Positions 11,731-22,577 are shown, counted from the first letter of the stretch. The stretch is DNA of 64,000 bases from Phormidesmis sp. (GCA_965248535.1 CBDFJR010000005.1:1760001-1824000), one strand, 5' to 3'. The notes: generated by a model from the letters alone, not told the origin. Made by a program: numbers and translations.

Positions 11731-13017
11731 CTAGCTCTCGTGGCTCTGGTGAGAAAGTTGAGGGTAGAGGTCAGCGATCGTCTCCAGCAGAGCAGACTGG
11801 GCGATCGCCGTTTGGTCTCCGCTTTTAAGCCACTTTAACTGCACGGTTTTGGTTTCGGCTTCACTGTCGCCCAGAATGAGACAGGCAACTGCCCCACTGC
11901 GATCGGCGCGCTTAAACTGTTTACCAAAGGCGCTGCCGCTTAGGTCGAGTTCGGCGGTGAAGCCCGATCGCCGCAAAGTCTGAGCCAGGGTGAGTGCCTG
12001 AGACTCAGCTTTCTCACCTTTAGACACTACATAGAATTCGACACTAGACGGGCGATCGGGCTGAATTTTCTGCAACAGCAGGATTAACCGCTCTAGCCCC
12101 ATTGCCCACCCGATCGCGGGCGTTTCGGGGCCGCCGAGTTCTGAGACAAGACCGTCATAGCGACCGCCCGCGCACACCGTTGCCTGGGCACCCAAATCAT
12201 CCGATTGAATCTCAAACACCGTGTGGGTGTAATAGTCCAGCCCGCGCACTAACCGGGAATTAATGGTGCAGGCGATGCCTAAATCGCTCAATAGCTGCTG
12301 GACGCGATCAAACCGTCGCTGTGAATCAGGGCTGAGATAGTCCAAAATGCTGGGGGCATCGGTGAGAAGTTCTTGAGTGCGAACATCTTTGCTGTCGAGA
12401 ATTCTTAAAGGATTGCGGGTCAGGCGATCTTGAGAGTCTGCGTCTAGCTCGTCTTTAAAAGGAGTGAGATACTTCACTAAGGCTTCTCGGTAAGTTTGGC
12501 GATCGCTCACATCCCCGATCGAGTTCAAATCCAGCCGCAAATCCTTTAAACCTAGGGTCTGCAAGATGTCGGTAGCCAGAGCGATCGCTTCAGCATCAGC
12601 CCGCACATCGCCACTCCCCAAAACCTCAACGCCCAATTGATGAAACTGGCGCTGTCGCCCCGCTTGAGGACGCTCATAGCGAAACATTGCCCCGGCATAC
12701 CAGAGGCGCTGCACGCCCCCTTGGGCATGAAGACTGTGCTCGATATAGGATCGCGCCACGCCAGCCGTGCCTTCGGGTCGCAGGGTGAGAGAGCGATCGC
12801 CGCGATCGTGAAAGGTGTACATCTCTTTGTTGACGACATCGGTAGCTTCACCCATGCCCCGCTCAAACAGCGCCGTTTGCTCAAAGATCGGCGTGCGAAT
12901 CTCTCGATAGGCCGCCCGGATTAAAATCTCACGGGCGATCGCTTCGACTCGCTGCCAATCGCCCACCTCATCGGGCAAAATATCCCGCGTTCCCCGACTT
13001 GCTTGAATTGAACTCAT
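11731..13017 (-). CDS. hisS: histidyl-tRNA synthetase
   Basis: [31 protein letters not shown] and GGRYDGL. Confidence 0.98.
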   Translation of the reverse strand: MSSIQASRGTRDILPDEVGDWQRVEAIAREILIRAAYREIRTPIFEQTALFERGMGEATDVVNKEMYTFHDRGDRSLTLRPEGTAGVARSYIEHSLHAQGGVQRLWYAGAMFRYERPQAGRQRQFHQLGVEVLGSGDVRADAEAIALATDILQTLGLKDLRLDLNSIGDVSDRQTYREALVKYLTPFKDELDADSQDRLTRNPLRILDSKDVRTQELLTDAPSILDYLSPDSQRRFDRVQQLLSDLGIACTINSRLVRGLDYYTHTVFEIQSDDLGAQATVCAGGRYDGLVSELGGPETPAIGWAMGLERLILLLQKIQPDRPSSVEFYVVSKGEKAESQALTLAQTLRRSGFTAELDLSGSAFGKQFKRADRSGAVACLILGDSEAETKTVQLKWLKSGDQTAIAQSALLETIADLYPQLSHQSHES

Positions 13018-13048
13018 GAACTCTTAATTGCGAAACTAGTGAACCTTT

Positions 13049-13342
13049 TTAATCAGCTTGAATGTCTTCCCAAACACCATAGCGATCGCCATAGTAAGCC
13101 AAAATCTGCTCGACTCGCCCTTGAGAAGCCGACGGCGCAGAGTCTAAAACCTGAATCCACAGACTCTCGATCTGACTCTGGCTATAGTCAAACTGGGTCG
13201 ATCGCTGCGAAACTAAGCCCGTTTTGACCCCATCCACTTGAGATAAATGGGCAGCCACTTCTCGATAGACTGCCAACGGCAAACCCAAACACTGCACTTG
13301 ATAACCTTCCAACGCCAACGCTCCTAACGGTCGTTTAGACAC
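13049..13342 (-). CDS. conserved hypothetical protein downstream of pedR
   Basis: GLPLAVYREVAAHLSQV...FDYSQSQI...ILAYYGDRYG; co-oriented just after pedR. Confidence 0.75.
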   Translation of the reverse strand: MSKRPLGALALEGYQVQCLGLPLAVYREVAAHLSQVDGVKTGLVSQRSTQFDYSQSQIESLWIQVLDSAPSASQGRVEQILAYYGDRYGVWEDIQAD

Positions 13343-13361
13343 CTGCTTAAAATTGTCTCAT

Positions 13362-13640
13362 TCAGAGGGCAACCCCGTTTTCTCGATAGGGTGGCAACGC
13401 ACAGCAATTTACCTCATCAAGACAGACTTTGCCCCACTGCAACGCCCAGCGCACAAGGGCGACCCGATTTTCTGTTTCAGTCTTGGTTAAAATATTGCTG
13501 ACGTGGTTGTCAACAGTGCGTTTACTGATGTCTAGTTGTTCAGCAATATCTTGATTAGTTAAGCCAGCAGCTACTAACTCAATGACTTGCAGTTCCCGAT
13601 CGGAGAGGGGTGCCTGCGCTTGAGATTCGCTCTGCGCCAT
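13362..13640 (-). CDS. pedR: small LuxR-type redox-responsive regulator (PedR-like)
   Basis: LSDRELQVIELVAAGLTNQDIAEQLDISKRTVDNHVSNI LuxR HTH plus a C-terminal VCLDEVNCC cysteine motif. Confidence 0.85.
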   Translation of the reverse strand: MAQSESQAQAPLSDRELQVIELVAAGLTNQDIAEQLDISKRTVDNHVSNILTKTETENRVALVRWALQWGKVCLDEVNCCALPPYRENGVAL

Positions 13641-13801
13641 ATGATTTATTCCTAGACTGTGTATATGTACTTATTCTGACTTAATTCTAGAAGGTTGTTG
13701 GTCAAGCGCGAAAGGCTTGCGTTTAACATGGAGGATGTCAGCAACCGTCTTTAGGGGAAGCGTCGAGCCAAATTGCAAGACACCACCACCCATCATCCTC
13801 A

Positions 13802-16135
13802 ATGCAAAACGACCCACCCATTCTTCAGTGCCATAACCCTTTTTGCCAGGCTCTCAATCTAGAAAGCCAGCAGATTTGTCATAAATGTAGATCGCCGCTG
13901 ATCAAGCGATATTTGTGGGCAGTCGGGTCTGGGTTAGACTCCTTTCAGCCTGGAGAGTTGGTGAGCGATCGCTATCTGCTCAAAACGGGTCACGTTTTAC
14001 TAGACACCAAGCCAGGGTTGCCGCCCGAAAGCCCGGCTGAAATTCCGGTTCACTGGGAAGCCTATCTGCGGCTGTCGCCGTTTCGACTTCAGGTGCCACA
14101 AATTTATGGCATGGTGACGGCACGGCCGCGATCGACCGCCACGCTGCTCTTGCTAGAAGACGCGGCGATCTATCCAGACGGGGCCAGGCTCAAGTCTAAA
14201 GCCGGGCTTAGGGGCAGCCTCTTGCCAAAATTGACGAGTCTCTGGGCAGAGAGCGATCCCTTGCGGCAGCTTAACTGGCTTTGGCAGATCGCCCAATTGT
14301 GGGAGCCGTTGAGTCGAGAAAAGGTCGCTACTACCCTACTAACTTCAGAATTGCTGCGGGTAGATGGGTTTTTCCTCCGGTTGCTCTATTTGCAGCCTGA
14401 CTCTCCCAAAAGCCCTGATTTAACCCAGCTAGGAGAGATTTGGGCCCAGTGGCAGCCAGAAGCGTCAGCACCGATCGCCGACTTTTTAGCTCAACTCTGT
14501 CAGCAAATGATCCAGGGCCAGATTAAAACGATTGATCAGTTATTGGATCGGCTGGATCAGGGAATCACCCGCTGGGGTCAGGGCCAAACCAGAACCCTTC
14601 AAATTGCGACCTTTACCGACCAGGGTCCAAGTCGCCAGAGCAATGAGGATGCGTGTTACCCGACCAGCGGAAGCTATGAGTCTCTAACGATCGGGTCGAA
14701 TGCTGCAAACCCAGTGGTGATCGTCTGTGATGGCATTGGTGGCCATGAAGGAGGCGAAGTGGCCTCAGAGTTAGCGATCGCCACCCTGCAAACCCAAGCC
14801 AGGATGCTGCTTTCACAACCCGATCCAGATGCCGCCACCCTTGTCGAGGGGTTAGAACACGCTGCCTTGAGCGCCAATGATCAGATCTCACAGCGCAACG
14901 ATCAAGAGCATCGTCAAGAGCGCCAGCGCATGGGCACCACGGTTGTGATGGCGATCGCCCATGCCCACGAGCTTTTGATCAATCATGTCGGAGACAGCCG
15001 TGCCTATCGCATTACCCGAACGGGCTGCTATCAGGTGACGCTGGATGATGATGTCGCGTCGAGAGAAGTGCGGTTGGGCTATGCCCTTTATCGAGATGCC
15101 CTCCAGCAGCCTGGTTCTGGCTCTCTCGTGCAAGCGTTGGGCATGAGCAGTTCTAGCTTTCTCCGTCCGACGGTGCAGCGATTTGTGTTGGATGAAGACT
15201 GTGTGTTTTTGCTCTGCTCAGATGGGTTGAGTGACCACGATCGCGTCGATGAATGCTGGGCTGATGAGATTGTCCCGATTTTAGATGGCACGGTCGATCT
15301 AGCTGTGGCTAGTCGGCGATTAGTCGAGATTGCCAACACTCGCAACGGCCACGATAACGTTACGGTGGGCTTAATCTACTGTCAAGTGACGCAGGATCAA
15401 ATCCCGATCTCCCCTTTGCAGATTGACTGGGAGCGATCGCCCGGCCAACGGTCTGAACCCTCAGACTTATTGGAGCGATCGCGACTGTCTGACCCTCTCC
15501 CAGCCCCGTCGTCTGAAACCTCCATAAAGACCCAAATTATTCAGCCACGGCGATCGTCCACTCAATGGTTGCCCTTGCTCGTGATGGGATTGGCCCTACT
15601 AGGCATGGGAGGGCTGCTGATTTTGCTGGTGCCCGAAATTCGGGCGGTGCTGAATCCGGTTCAGGTGCTGCCGATCGATGCACCGCTGAAGAATTCGCCT
15701 TCAAACTCACCCCAGCCGACGGTTAGCCCTGCCCCTGATCAGGCTAACTCTGCTCTTGAAGCCAGAATGGTCATTCAGCTTGACCACTCCCTCACCAGCA
15801 GTGTGCAGTTGCCCGTACTGTTTTCTCTGGTGCGTCAGCCTAATTTGACCGTGCAACCTACGGCAGACTCGCCGATCGGGGGGGTAGTGCCGGGCACGAT
15901 TGCGCGGGTGGTCAAACAGCAGGCAACCGAAGACCACATCTCGTGGGTAAGGCTCGAAATTTGCTCGGTGCCTAGCGGTAGCAAAGTTGCCAATGCCGTC
16001 AAGCCCGGAGATTCTGGCTGGCAAGAAGAGCGCACGATCGTGCCGTTTGTCGCCCAAAATCTGAGCCTTAAACCCTCTCAGCTAGGTCGATGTGCCCCTC
16101 CTTCTGCCTCGGTGAGTCCTGCGCCGACTCCGTGA
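13802..16135 (+). CDS. PP2C-family Ser/Thr phosphatase with N-terminal 4-Cys zinc finger, kinase-like segment, TM helix and C-terminal extracytoplasmic region
   Basis: CHNPFC...CHKC; PP2C motifs RQSNEDA, VCDGIGGHEGGEVAS, MGTT, HVGDSRAY, LCSDGLSD and GHDNVT; hydrophobic WLPLLVMGLALLGMGGLLILLV. Confidence 0.9.
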   Translation: MQNDPPILQCHNPFCQALNLESQQICHKCRSPLIKRYLWAVGSGLDSFQPGELVSDRYLLKTGHVLLDTKPGLPPESPAEIPVHWEAYLRLSPFRLQVPQIYGMVTARPRSTATLLLLEDAAIYPDGARLKSKAGLRGSLLPKLTSLWAESDPLRQLNWLWQIAQLWEPLSREKVATTLLTSELLRVDGFFLRLLYLQPDSPKSPDLTQLGEIWAQWQPEASAPIADFLAQLCQQMIQGQIKTIDQLLDRLDQGITRWGQGQTRTLQIATFTDQGPSRQSNEDACYPTSGSYESLTIGSNAANPVVIVCDGIGGHEGGEVASELAIATLQTQARMLLSQPDPDAATLVEGLEHAALSANDQISQRNDQEHRQERQRMGTTVVMAIAHAHELLINHVGDSRAYRITRTGCYQVTLDDDVASREVRLGYALYRDALQQPGSGSLVQALGMSSSSFLRPTVQRFVLDEDCVFLLCSDGLSDHDRVDECWADEIVPILDGTVDLAVASRRLVEIANTRNGHDNVTVGLIYCQVTQDQIPISPLQIDWERSPGQRSEPSDLLERSRLSDPLPAPSSETSIKTQIIQPRRSSTQWLPLLVMGLALLGMGGLLILLVPEIRAVLNPVQVLPIDAPLKNSPSNSPQPTVSPAPDQANSALEARMVIQLDHSLTSSVQLPVLFSLVRQPNLTVQPTADSPIGGVVPGTIARVVKQQATEDHISWVRLEICSVPSGSKVANAVKPGDSGWQEERTIVPFVAQNLSLKPSQLGRCAPPSASVSPAPTP

Positions 16136-16272
16136 TCTTTGTGGGGGATTTGAAGCGCAATTTAGCGAAGCTCGATAAACTAGTGAAACGTTGGGTGCAA
16201 TGGGTTCACTGTCGTGGCTGAATGGGTGATTCAACTACCATTTAATTAAGTCAGGATGGGTTGTGGTTGTGA

Positions 16273-17970
16273 ATGGCTTTGTCTGAAATTCCTTGTCTAA
16301 GTCTTGCGATCGAACGTCTTCGTGCCACTGAGTCCAGTCACTTTGTGATTCATGTGATTGAGGCTCCTTACAAAGGTGGCTATGTTTTGCGTGACTGCAT
16401 CTGGCCAGAGTCGCTGCTGCAAAATTGGCACGCCTGGAGAGAATTGTTTTCTGCCCGCAGGTTGCCGCCCGTGCCCCACGTCTCTGAAGTTCAAGTGCCC
16501 CTGCCGCCAGCGGCTGAAGCGATCGCGCCTCTCGGTCAACCCGTTCCTCGCGGGGTGCGATTGATGCAAACCCTAGGAATTGACCTTTGGGGCTGGCTGT
16601 TTGGGGGGTCTATTCAAAGCAGTTTTGACCAGAGCCAAGGCATCGCTCTTGGACAAACGAAACCTCTGCGGCTGCGGCTCGATATTCGTGACCCTGATCT
16701 GATCGCGATCCCCTGGGAGATTATGCAGAGTCAGGCCGGGCGGCAAGCCGTTTCTCTGAGTCAACAGGTTTTGTTTAGCCGCACTACGAGCGACGTTGAT
16801 GCGCTGCCGCCCCTGAGAACTGACCAAAGTCTGAATGTCTTGCTGGTGCTGGGGCAAGATGCCGCCCCCGCGATTCCGTCGATCTCTGGAGGTCTAGAAG
16901 AGGCTTCTTTAGGAGCACTGCGCGATCGTCAAGCCGCTCTCAAAAAACTCAAGCTAGAGCAAGAAGCGGCGGCTTTAACTCAAATCTTGCAAAATCCGGG
17001 TAGGCTGGGTGACCCGTCCGATCGCAATGCCTATCACTATGCGGCTCCCTGCCAGGTGGATGTTTTATTGCAACCGACCCCAGCCGATCTGATCGAGAAG
17101 CTAGAAACCGAGCGCTACAACGTCTTGTTTTATGCCGGGCATGGAGAACCTGCGCCGGATGGCGGACTGCTGTTTTTGCGACCTGATATGACGATCAATG
17201 GCACCGAGTTGGCGCAAGTTCTGACGCGCTGCCGGGTGAAGCTGGCGGTGTTTAACTCCTGCTGGGGAGCGCAGCCTGACGAGCAAACCTATCAGGCGAT
17301 TCCGCGCAGTAGCTTGGCTGAAGTGCTGCTGCATCACGGGGTTCCGGCGGTGTTGGCCATGCGAGAACCGATCACCGATGAAGAGGCCCTCAGCTTTATT
17401 CAAGCCTTTGCTCAAGCGCTGGCTGATCGAATGCCGATCGACCAGGCCGTTGCCGTGGCAAGACAGCATCTCCTGACATTGTTTAAGTTTAATCAACAGG
17501 CCTGGACGCTGCCTGTGCTCTACATGCACCCAGAATTTGAGGGTGAATTGCTGAAGCCGTTGGATGAAGGGGCGACTCAATTTCCGCCTAACCCCAGTCA
17601 ATTTGGGCGACGATCGGCGATCGCGTCTCTACGATCGCTCGTGACTACCAAAGTCTGGACGGTGCGCGGTGGGCTGATGCGCGTTGGCATGAGTCAAGAT
17701 AATGACCTGGTTTTGCCAGGAGAGCCGGGCATTTCTCGCAAACACGCTGAGATCTTTTATCGCAATGCCTCTCAAGATACGGGGCAGCCCACCTATTTCC
17801 TGCGAGACTTTTCTCGCTATGGCACTTGGGTTTTTATGGGGGGCGGTTGGCAAAAAGTTCATCACCAAGAGGTGTTGCTTCAATCCGGCGTGCAGTTAAA
17901 ATTTGGGGGATCTCAAAATTCTGCGCTAGAGTTTTTGGTCACGGCTCCCGAAGTGCCTGACTCGGCATAA
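16273..17970 (+). CDS. CHAT (caspase-like) domain protein with C-terminal FHA domain
   Basis: IPWE, FYAGHG (His) and FNSCWG (Cys) CHAT motifs; FHA motifs VG...NDLVL...ISRKHA...LRDFSRYGTWV. Confidence 0.9.
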   Translation: MALSEIPCLSLAIERLRATESSHFVIHVIEAPYKGGYVLRDCIWPESLLQNWHAWRELFSARRLPPVPHVSEVQVPLPPAAEAIAPLGQPVPRGVRLMQTLGIDLWGWLFGGSIQSSFDQSQGIALGQTKPLRLRLDIRDPDLIAIPWEIMQSQAGRQAVSLSQQVLFSRTTSDVDALPPLRTDQSLNVLLVLGQDAAPAIPSISGGLEEASLGALRDRQAALKKLKLEQEAAALTQILQNPGRLGDPSDRNAYHYAAPCQVDVLLQPTPADLIEKLETERYNVLFYAGHGEPAPDGGLLFLRPDMTINGTELAQVLTRCRVKLAVFNSCWGAQPDEQTYQAIPRSSLAEVLLHHGVPAVLAMREPITDEEALSFIQAFAQALADRMPIDQAVAVARQHLLTLFKFNQQAWTLPVLYMHPEFEGELLKPLDEGATQFPPNPSQFGRRSAIASLRSLVTTKVWTVRGGLMRVGMSQDNDLVLPGEPGISRKHAEIFYRNASQDTGQPTYFLRDFSRYGTWVFMGGGWQKVHHQEVLLQSGVQLKFGGSQNSALEFLVTAPEVPDSA

Positions 17971-18086
17971 GTGCCGAAAAACCCAACCACCCGATCGGGT
18001 TAATTTAGTCGCCGTTACGGAACTGGTAACGAGCACCTTGTAGATATCACCAACAGCAGTGACTCAGTGGATGCGGGTATTACAGT

Positions 18087-18740
18087 ATGGCTAGTGAAAT
18101 CAATCGTTCTCGTTCGATCGTCGGGTTGCAAACCGAGCAAGATTTGGCAAATGCACTTCTTCAAACCGAAGATGTGATCCTGCGGTGGAATCCGAATGAG
18201 TCCGTCGAGACGGCTGAGATTGAGGTGACCGAAAATCCCACCAGCACGATCTCCTATCCCTGGAATCCGAGTGACCCCAGCGCCGAGTCATTTCTCTCAG
18301 AGTTAGAACAAGAATTTTCGTTAGATGCGTGGGACGCAAGCGAGATTGCTCAACGATCGCAGTCCTTCTTCAGCCAGCTAGACACGCTGTGGTCAACGAC
18401 CGACTTAACAACCACTCTGGCTCAACGATTTGCGTCGGTGCCTCAAGCTCTGTTGGCGGTGATTGCGCGGCAGGCTCAAAAAGTCGTCGAGACTTCTAAC
18501 TCCCTCGCGGATCAGTTGATTGAGTGTGTTCAAGAAGTGCTTCCGACCTGGGCAGCCGACGATCTTCAGGTGTTGGCGCGGCCGCTGGCCTATGCTATGC
18601 GAGGTGATGCTACAGATGCGGTGGATGCCACGGTCAACAGTGTGCGGGCGATCGCGTGGAGTGACCTATCAGAAACTGAACAAGCTCGGATGAGTTTGGC
18701 GATCGCCCGCTATGCGCTGAATCAGTTGGGCGATCGCTAA
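18087..18740 (+). CDS. conserved alpha-helical hypothetical protein
   Basis: 217-aa ORF with YPWNP, LADQLIECV, DDLQVLARPLAYAMRG and EQARMSLAIARYAL. Confidence 0.8.
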   Translation: MASEINRSRSIVGLQTEQDLANALLQTEDVILRWNPNESVETAEIEVTENPTSTISYPWNPSDPSAESFLSELEQEFSLDAWDASEIAQRSQSFFSQLDTLWSTTDLTTTLAQRFASVPQALLAVIARQAQKVVETSNSLADQLIECVQEVLPTWAADDLQVLARPLAYAMRGDATDAVDATVNSVRAIAWSDLSETEQARMSLAIARYALNQLGDR

Positions 18741-18986
18741 GTTTGCCAGAGACTCAAGGGTTCTAAAGCAGCCTCGTTCTCGTCTCCGTAAATGCCGCAT
18801 TACGATCGGTGTCTATGTGAAGATGGCGCGATCAATCCGCGTTTTTGGGGAACTATGAGCCAGTCAGGGCTGCGATTAAGACTCATCAATGGCATCAACC
18901 GCGTAATTTTGCGGCTGTAATTCCACTCAGTTGCGTGTCAGCAGTCCTGCAATGACCTCTTTTGATCCTCTTGCAGGCGTTTTGGC

Positions 18987-21900
18987 ATGGCAGCGCGCAC
19001 TCGATCTTCGTTTTTTTTAGCCCTTCCGTTAAGTCTCTTATGCGTTTCAGGGGTGGCATCTCCTCAAAAGGCGCAGGGACAAACCTCCTCAGATCTCGCG
19101 GCTCAAATTCATAAACTCGCAGCTAGTCCCTCGTCTGACTCGGCGATCGCCACCCTCAAAAAGAGAGGCGCTCCGGCGATCGAGGCGTTGATCAAGGTCG
19201 TCAAAGACCGCAAAGCACCACCCAACGTGCGTCTGTTTGCGATCGCGGCGATCGGAGAAATCGGAGCCGATGCTAAGACGGCCGTTCCCTCGCTGGTGAC
19301 GGCTCTGCAAGACTCCCGTCCAGAGATTCGTCTCAAAGCGATCGAGGCTCTGGCAGACATTGGCGCATCTGCTAAAGCAGCGGTGCCTGATCTGCGAACT
19401 GTTCTTAAAGACAAGGACTCAGACGACAAAGTGCGACAGGCGGCCGCAAAAGCGCTAGGCAGCATCGGCATCAATGCTAAAGCGGCCATTCCCGATCTGA
19501 TCAATGCCTTAAACGACCCCAGCGAAGCGGTGCGAGTGCAAACCGTCACCGCGCTTCCCAATTTAGGGCCAGACGCTAAAGCGGCCATTTCAGAACTCAT
19601 TCCCGTGCTCTCAGATTCGTCGCGATCGGTGCGACTGTCCACGATCGAGTCCTTAGCGCGATTTGGTCAAGACGCTAAACCTGCGGTGCCGCCCTTGGCT
19701 CAACTGCTGTCAGACCCCGATCGTCAAATTCGTCTAGCGACCACCATCACCTTGGGCAAAATCGGAACTGCCGCCAGTGATGCCGTTCCTGAATTGACTA
19801 AGGCCCTCGCGAACAGCGATCGCACTACCCGCTCTTGGGCAGCGATGGCCCTCGGCAAAATTGGCACCAATGCCAAACCCGCGATCGCAGAATTGACCAG
19901 AGCCTTGTCTGACTCTGACAAAGATGTGCGATCGAGAGCCGCTTCTTCTCTGGGCAAAATCGGACTCGAAGCCCGATCGGCCCTTTCAGAACTGGTTAAA
20001 ACGCTCAAAGATGAGAATCCTGACGTGCGGCTAAATTCAGCCAGCGCCATCGATCGCATCTCAGGCAGCCTGCAAGACCAAGCTGCGTCACTGCCTACTA
20101 GTGAATTGGTGTCGGCTTATGCGGCTCTAGAATCTGCCCAGCCTATTTTAGTAGAGTCTAAAAACGATGACGTGTTAGCGTCGGTGCGACGATCGCTGAG
20201 TGTGCTCAAAACCCAAAAAGATTCACGGCTGTTTGAGCACTTTTTTGAGTGGGGTCGCGCTAACCCGGCGATCGCGGGTGTGCTGCTCTACCTGCTGGTG
20301 ATGCCCTCTCTCTGGAGTCTGCTGCTGCTGATTCGGCCGCTGTGGTTGCTCAAACTTAATCAACTGCTCAAGCCCTACACCGATTTTGAGATCCCTAGCC
20401 CTTTGGGGGGCAGCATCAAAGTTCCGCTCCGGTTTGTGCTATTTTTGGCGATGTTTCACTACCATCCTCGCGTGCTAGATGCATGGGTGGCTGAACAGGT
20501 TGACGTTGCCCGTGAAGCCTTTGCCCATAAAAACACGGTCAGCGATCGTAAAGTCTATATCCCCATCCCGGTTGTTCTTGACGGCAACACCGTCGCAGAA
20601 CTATCGAGCCAAGATTTGCAGTCAACCTTCTGGGATGGGCGGCAATGTCTGCTGATCTGGGGCGAAGGTGGCATCGGCAAAACCAGCCTGGCGTGCAACT
20701 TAGCCAAATGGGCCATGGCCGACGATCGCACCTCGCGGCTGTGTCGGCACCGCATGTTGCCTGTCTTGATTGAGCAAGAGCTTGATTTCAAACTGCCCGC
20801 CGATAAACATCCCTTTAGAGAAGCGATCCGGGGACAGTTGCAGGCCTTGATTGACGCAGCCGAGCCGATTTCTGACGAGTTTTTAGAAAAGCTGCTCCGA
20901 CAACGCCGAATTTTGGTAATCGTCGATCGGCTCTCAGAACTCAGCGAAGCCACCCGCGAACAGATTCGCCCCGGACACCCCGACTTTCCTGCCAATGCCC
21001 TGATTGTCACGTCGCGGGTCGAAGAAACCTTAGACGAAGTGCCCAAAACCACCGTCAAACCCCTGCGAATTGAAGGCAACCGCCTATCCTCGTTTTTAGA
21101 AGCCTATCTGACTCAGCGCCACAAGCGCGAACTCTTCACCGACTCAGAATATTTTGATGCGTGCAGTCAACTGTCTAAACTCGTCGGTCAGCGCAATATC
21201 ACCGTTTTGCTGGCAAAACTCTACGCCGAGCAGATGATCGCCAAAGAAGAAGGAGTCAGCGAAGACAATCTGCCCGACAACATCCCCGATTTGATGCTGA
21301 GTTACCTCAACGAACTCAATCGCGATGCCGCCGCAGACGAACCCGACAATTCCACCCTTCACAAAGACGCTCAAATCATTGCCTGGGAGTGCTTGAGGCA
21401 GTCTTATCACCCTGCCCCGGCTAAACGCGAGGTGATTTTGGCAGAGCTAGAAGCCAGAATGAGCCTAGACAGCGAGACCGCCAAAGCGCGGCTCAAGAAT
21501 CTAGAAAAGCGGCTGCGAATTGTCCAAGCTGTGGGGCCGGCCCAAGATCAGATCTGCTTTGCCCTCGACCCTCTCGCTGAATGTTTGGCGGCGCTCTATT
21601 TGGTTGAGCTTTATCGCGATCAAAAACCCCTCTGGGACGCATGGCTGATCCAAGCCGATGCTATGCCAGGTGCCCCCGAAAGCATTCAGGGCTTTTTGCT
21701 GGCAATGCGCGATTGTTGCCTGACGCGCAGCGCTGAGATTGATGTGCCCGAATCGGTTTTAGAAGAGTTGGGTCAACGAGTCGGCTTGAGTGCCGAAACG
21801 CTGCGACGCACCCAAATAGAACAGCGAATTCGTCGCCTTGCGCCCAATTTGACCAACGGCGATTTGCAGGTGCGGCTAGATGCAATCACTGAGCTTGGAG

Positions 21901-22457
21901 AACTGGGATCGGCGGCTAAATCAGTTCTTCCAGCGCTGATTCGAGAATTTCAGGCTCACGATTGGCAGATTCGTCGCGAAGTGGCTAAAGCGATCGGGCA
22001 AATTGGCCCTGAAGCTCGCACCGCGATTCCTGCCCTGGTTGAGCGGCTGCGAGATGACGATCGCCGCGTCAGTGGAGAAGCGATCGCCACGCTGGGCAAG
22101 CTGGGAGTCGGTGCGGTGCCTGCCCTGATCGCAGCGCTAGAAGCCAAACCTGCTCACGTTCGCAGCACGGCGGCTTGGGTGCTGTCTAGCTTTAATCAGT
22201 TTGCGAGAGCGGCTGTTCCGGCCTTGACTCAAGCTCTCAAAGATGAAGATTGGCAGGTGCGATGGGTGGCTGCTTATGCCCTTGGCTGCATCGGGCCGGA
22301 TGCTAAGTCTGCGATTCCTGCCCTGATCGAAGCGTTTAAGGGGGAATATGAACTGGTCAGCAAAGAGGCGAGTCGCACGCTGTGGCGCATTAGTGGAGAA
22401 GCTGAAACGATCGTGGCGGCTATGGGTCAGATGAGCAAGGGGCGAGATGATAATTAG
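18987..22457 (+). CDS. signal peptide + HEAT repeats + TM + NACHT-like P-loop NTPase + HEAT repeats
   Basis: ~33-aa HEAT/PBS-lyase repeats at both ends; hydrophobic stretch AIAGVLLYLLVMPSLWSLLLLIRPLWLL; Walker A GEGGIGKT; Walker B LVIVDRLSE; LIVTSR; FALDPLAECLAA. Confidence 0.88.
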   Translation: MAARTRSSFFLALPLSLLCVSGVASPQKAQGQTSSDLAAQIHKLAASPSSDSAIATLKKRGAPAIEALIKVVKDRKAPPNVRLFAIAAIGEIGADAKTAVPSLVTALQDSRPEIRLKAIEALADIGASAKAAVPDLRTVLKDKDSDDKVRQAAAKALGSIGINAKAAIPDLINALNDPSEAVRVQTVTALPNLGPDAKAAISELIPVLSDSSRSVRLSTIESLARFGQDAKPAVPPLAQLLSDPDRQIRLATTITLGKIGTAASDAVPELTKALANSDRTTRSWAAMALGKIGTNAKPAIAELTRALSDSDKDVRSRAASSLGKIGLEARSALSELVKTLKDENPDVRLNSASAIDRISGSLQDQAASLPTSELVSAYAALESAQPILVESKNDDVLASVRRSLSVLKTQKDSRLFEHFFEWGRANPAIAGVLLYLLVMPSLWSLLLLIRPLWLLKLNQLLKPYTDFEIPSPLGGSIKVPLRFVLFLAMFHYHPRVLDAWVAEQVDVAREAFAHKNTVSDRKVYIPIPVVLDGNTVAELSSQDLQSTFWDGRQCLLIWGEGGIGKTSLACNLAKWAMADDRTSRLCRHRMLPVLIEQELDFKLPADKHPFREAIRGQLQALIDAAEPISDEFLEKLLRQRRILVIVDRLSELSEATREQIRPGHPDFPANALIVTSRVEETLDEVPKTTVKPLRIEGNRLSSFLEAYLTQRHKRELFTDSEYFDACSQLSKLVGQRNITVLLAKLYAEQMIAKEEGVSEDNLPDNIPDLMLSYLNELNRDAAADEPDNSTLHKDAQIIAWECLRQSYHPAPAKREVILAELEARMSLDSETAKARLKNLEKRLRIVQAVGPAQDQICFALDPLAECLAALYLVELYRDQKPLWDAWLIQADAMPGAPESIQGFLLAMRDCCLTRSAEIDVPESVLEELGQRVGLSAETLRRTQIEQRIRRLAPNLTNGDLQVRLDAITELGELGSAAKSVLPALIREFQAHDWQIRREVAKAIGQIGPEARTAIPALVERLRDDDRRVSGEAIATLGKLGVGAVPALIAALEAKPAHVRSTAAWVLSSFNQFARAAVPALTQALKDEDWQVRWVAAYALGCIGPDAKSAIPALIEAFKGEYELVSKEASRTLWRISGEAETIVAAMGQMSKGRDDN

Positions 22458-22577
22458 CGAGTTTCGGCTTTGCTCTGGTGTTAGAAAGTCTCAGGAGGAA
22501 GGGAATGAATCATCGATACACGATCGTGATTCAGTGGTTATATGAGGATCGGCTCTATTTAATGTCTTCCGCAGTTA

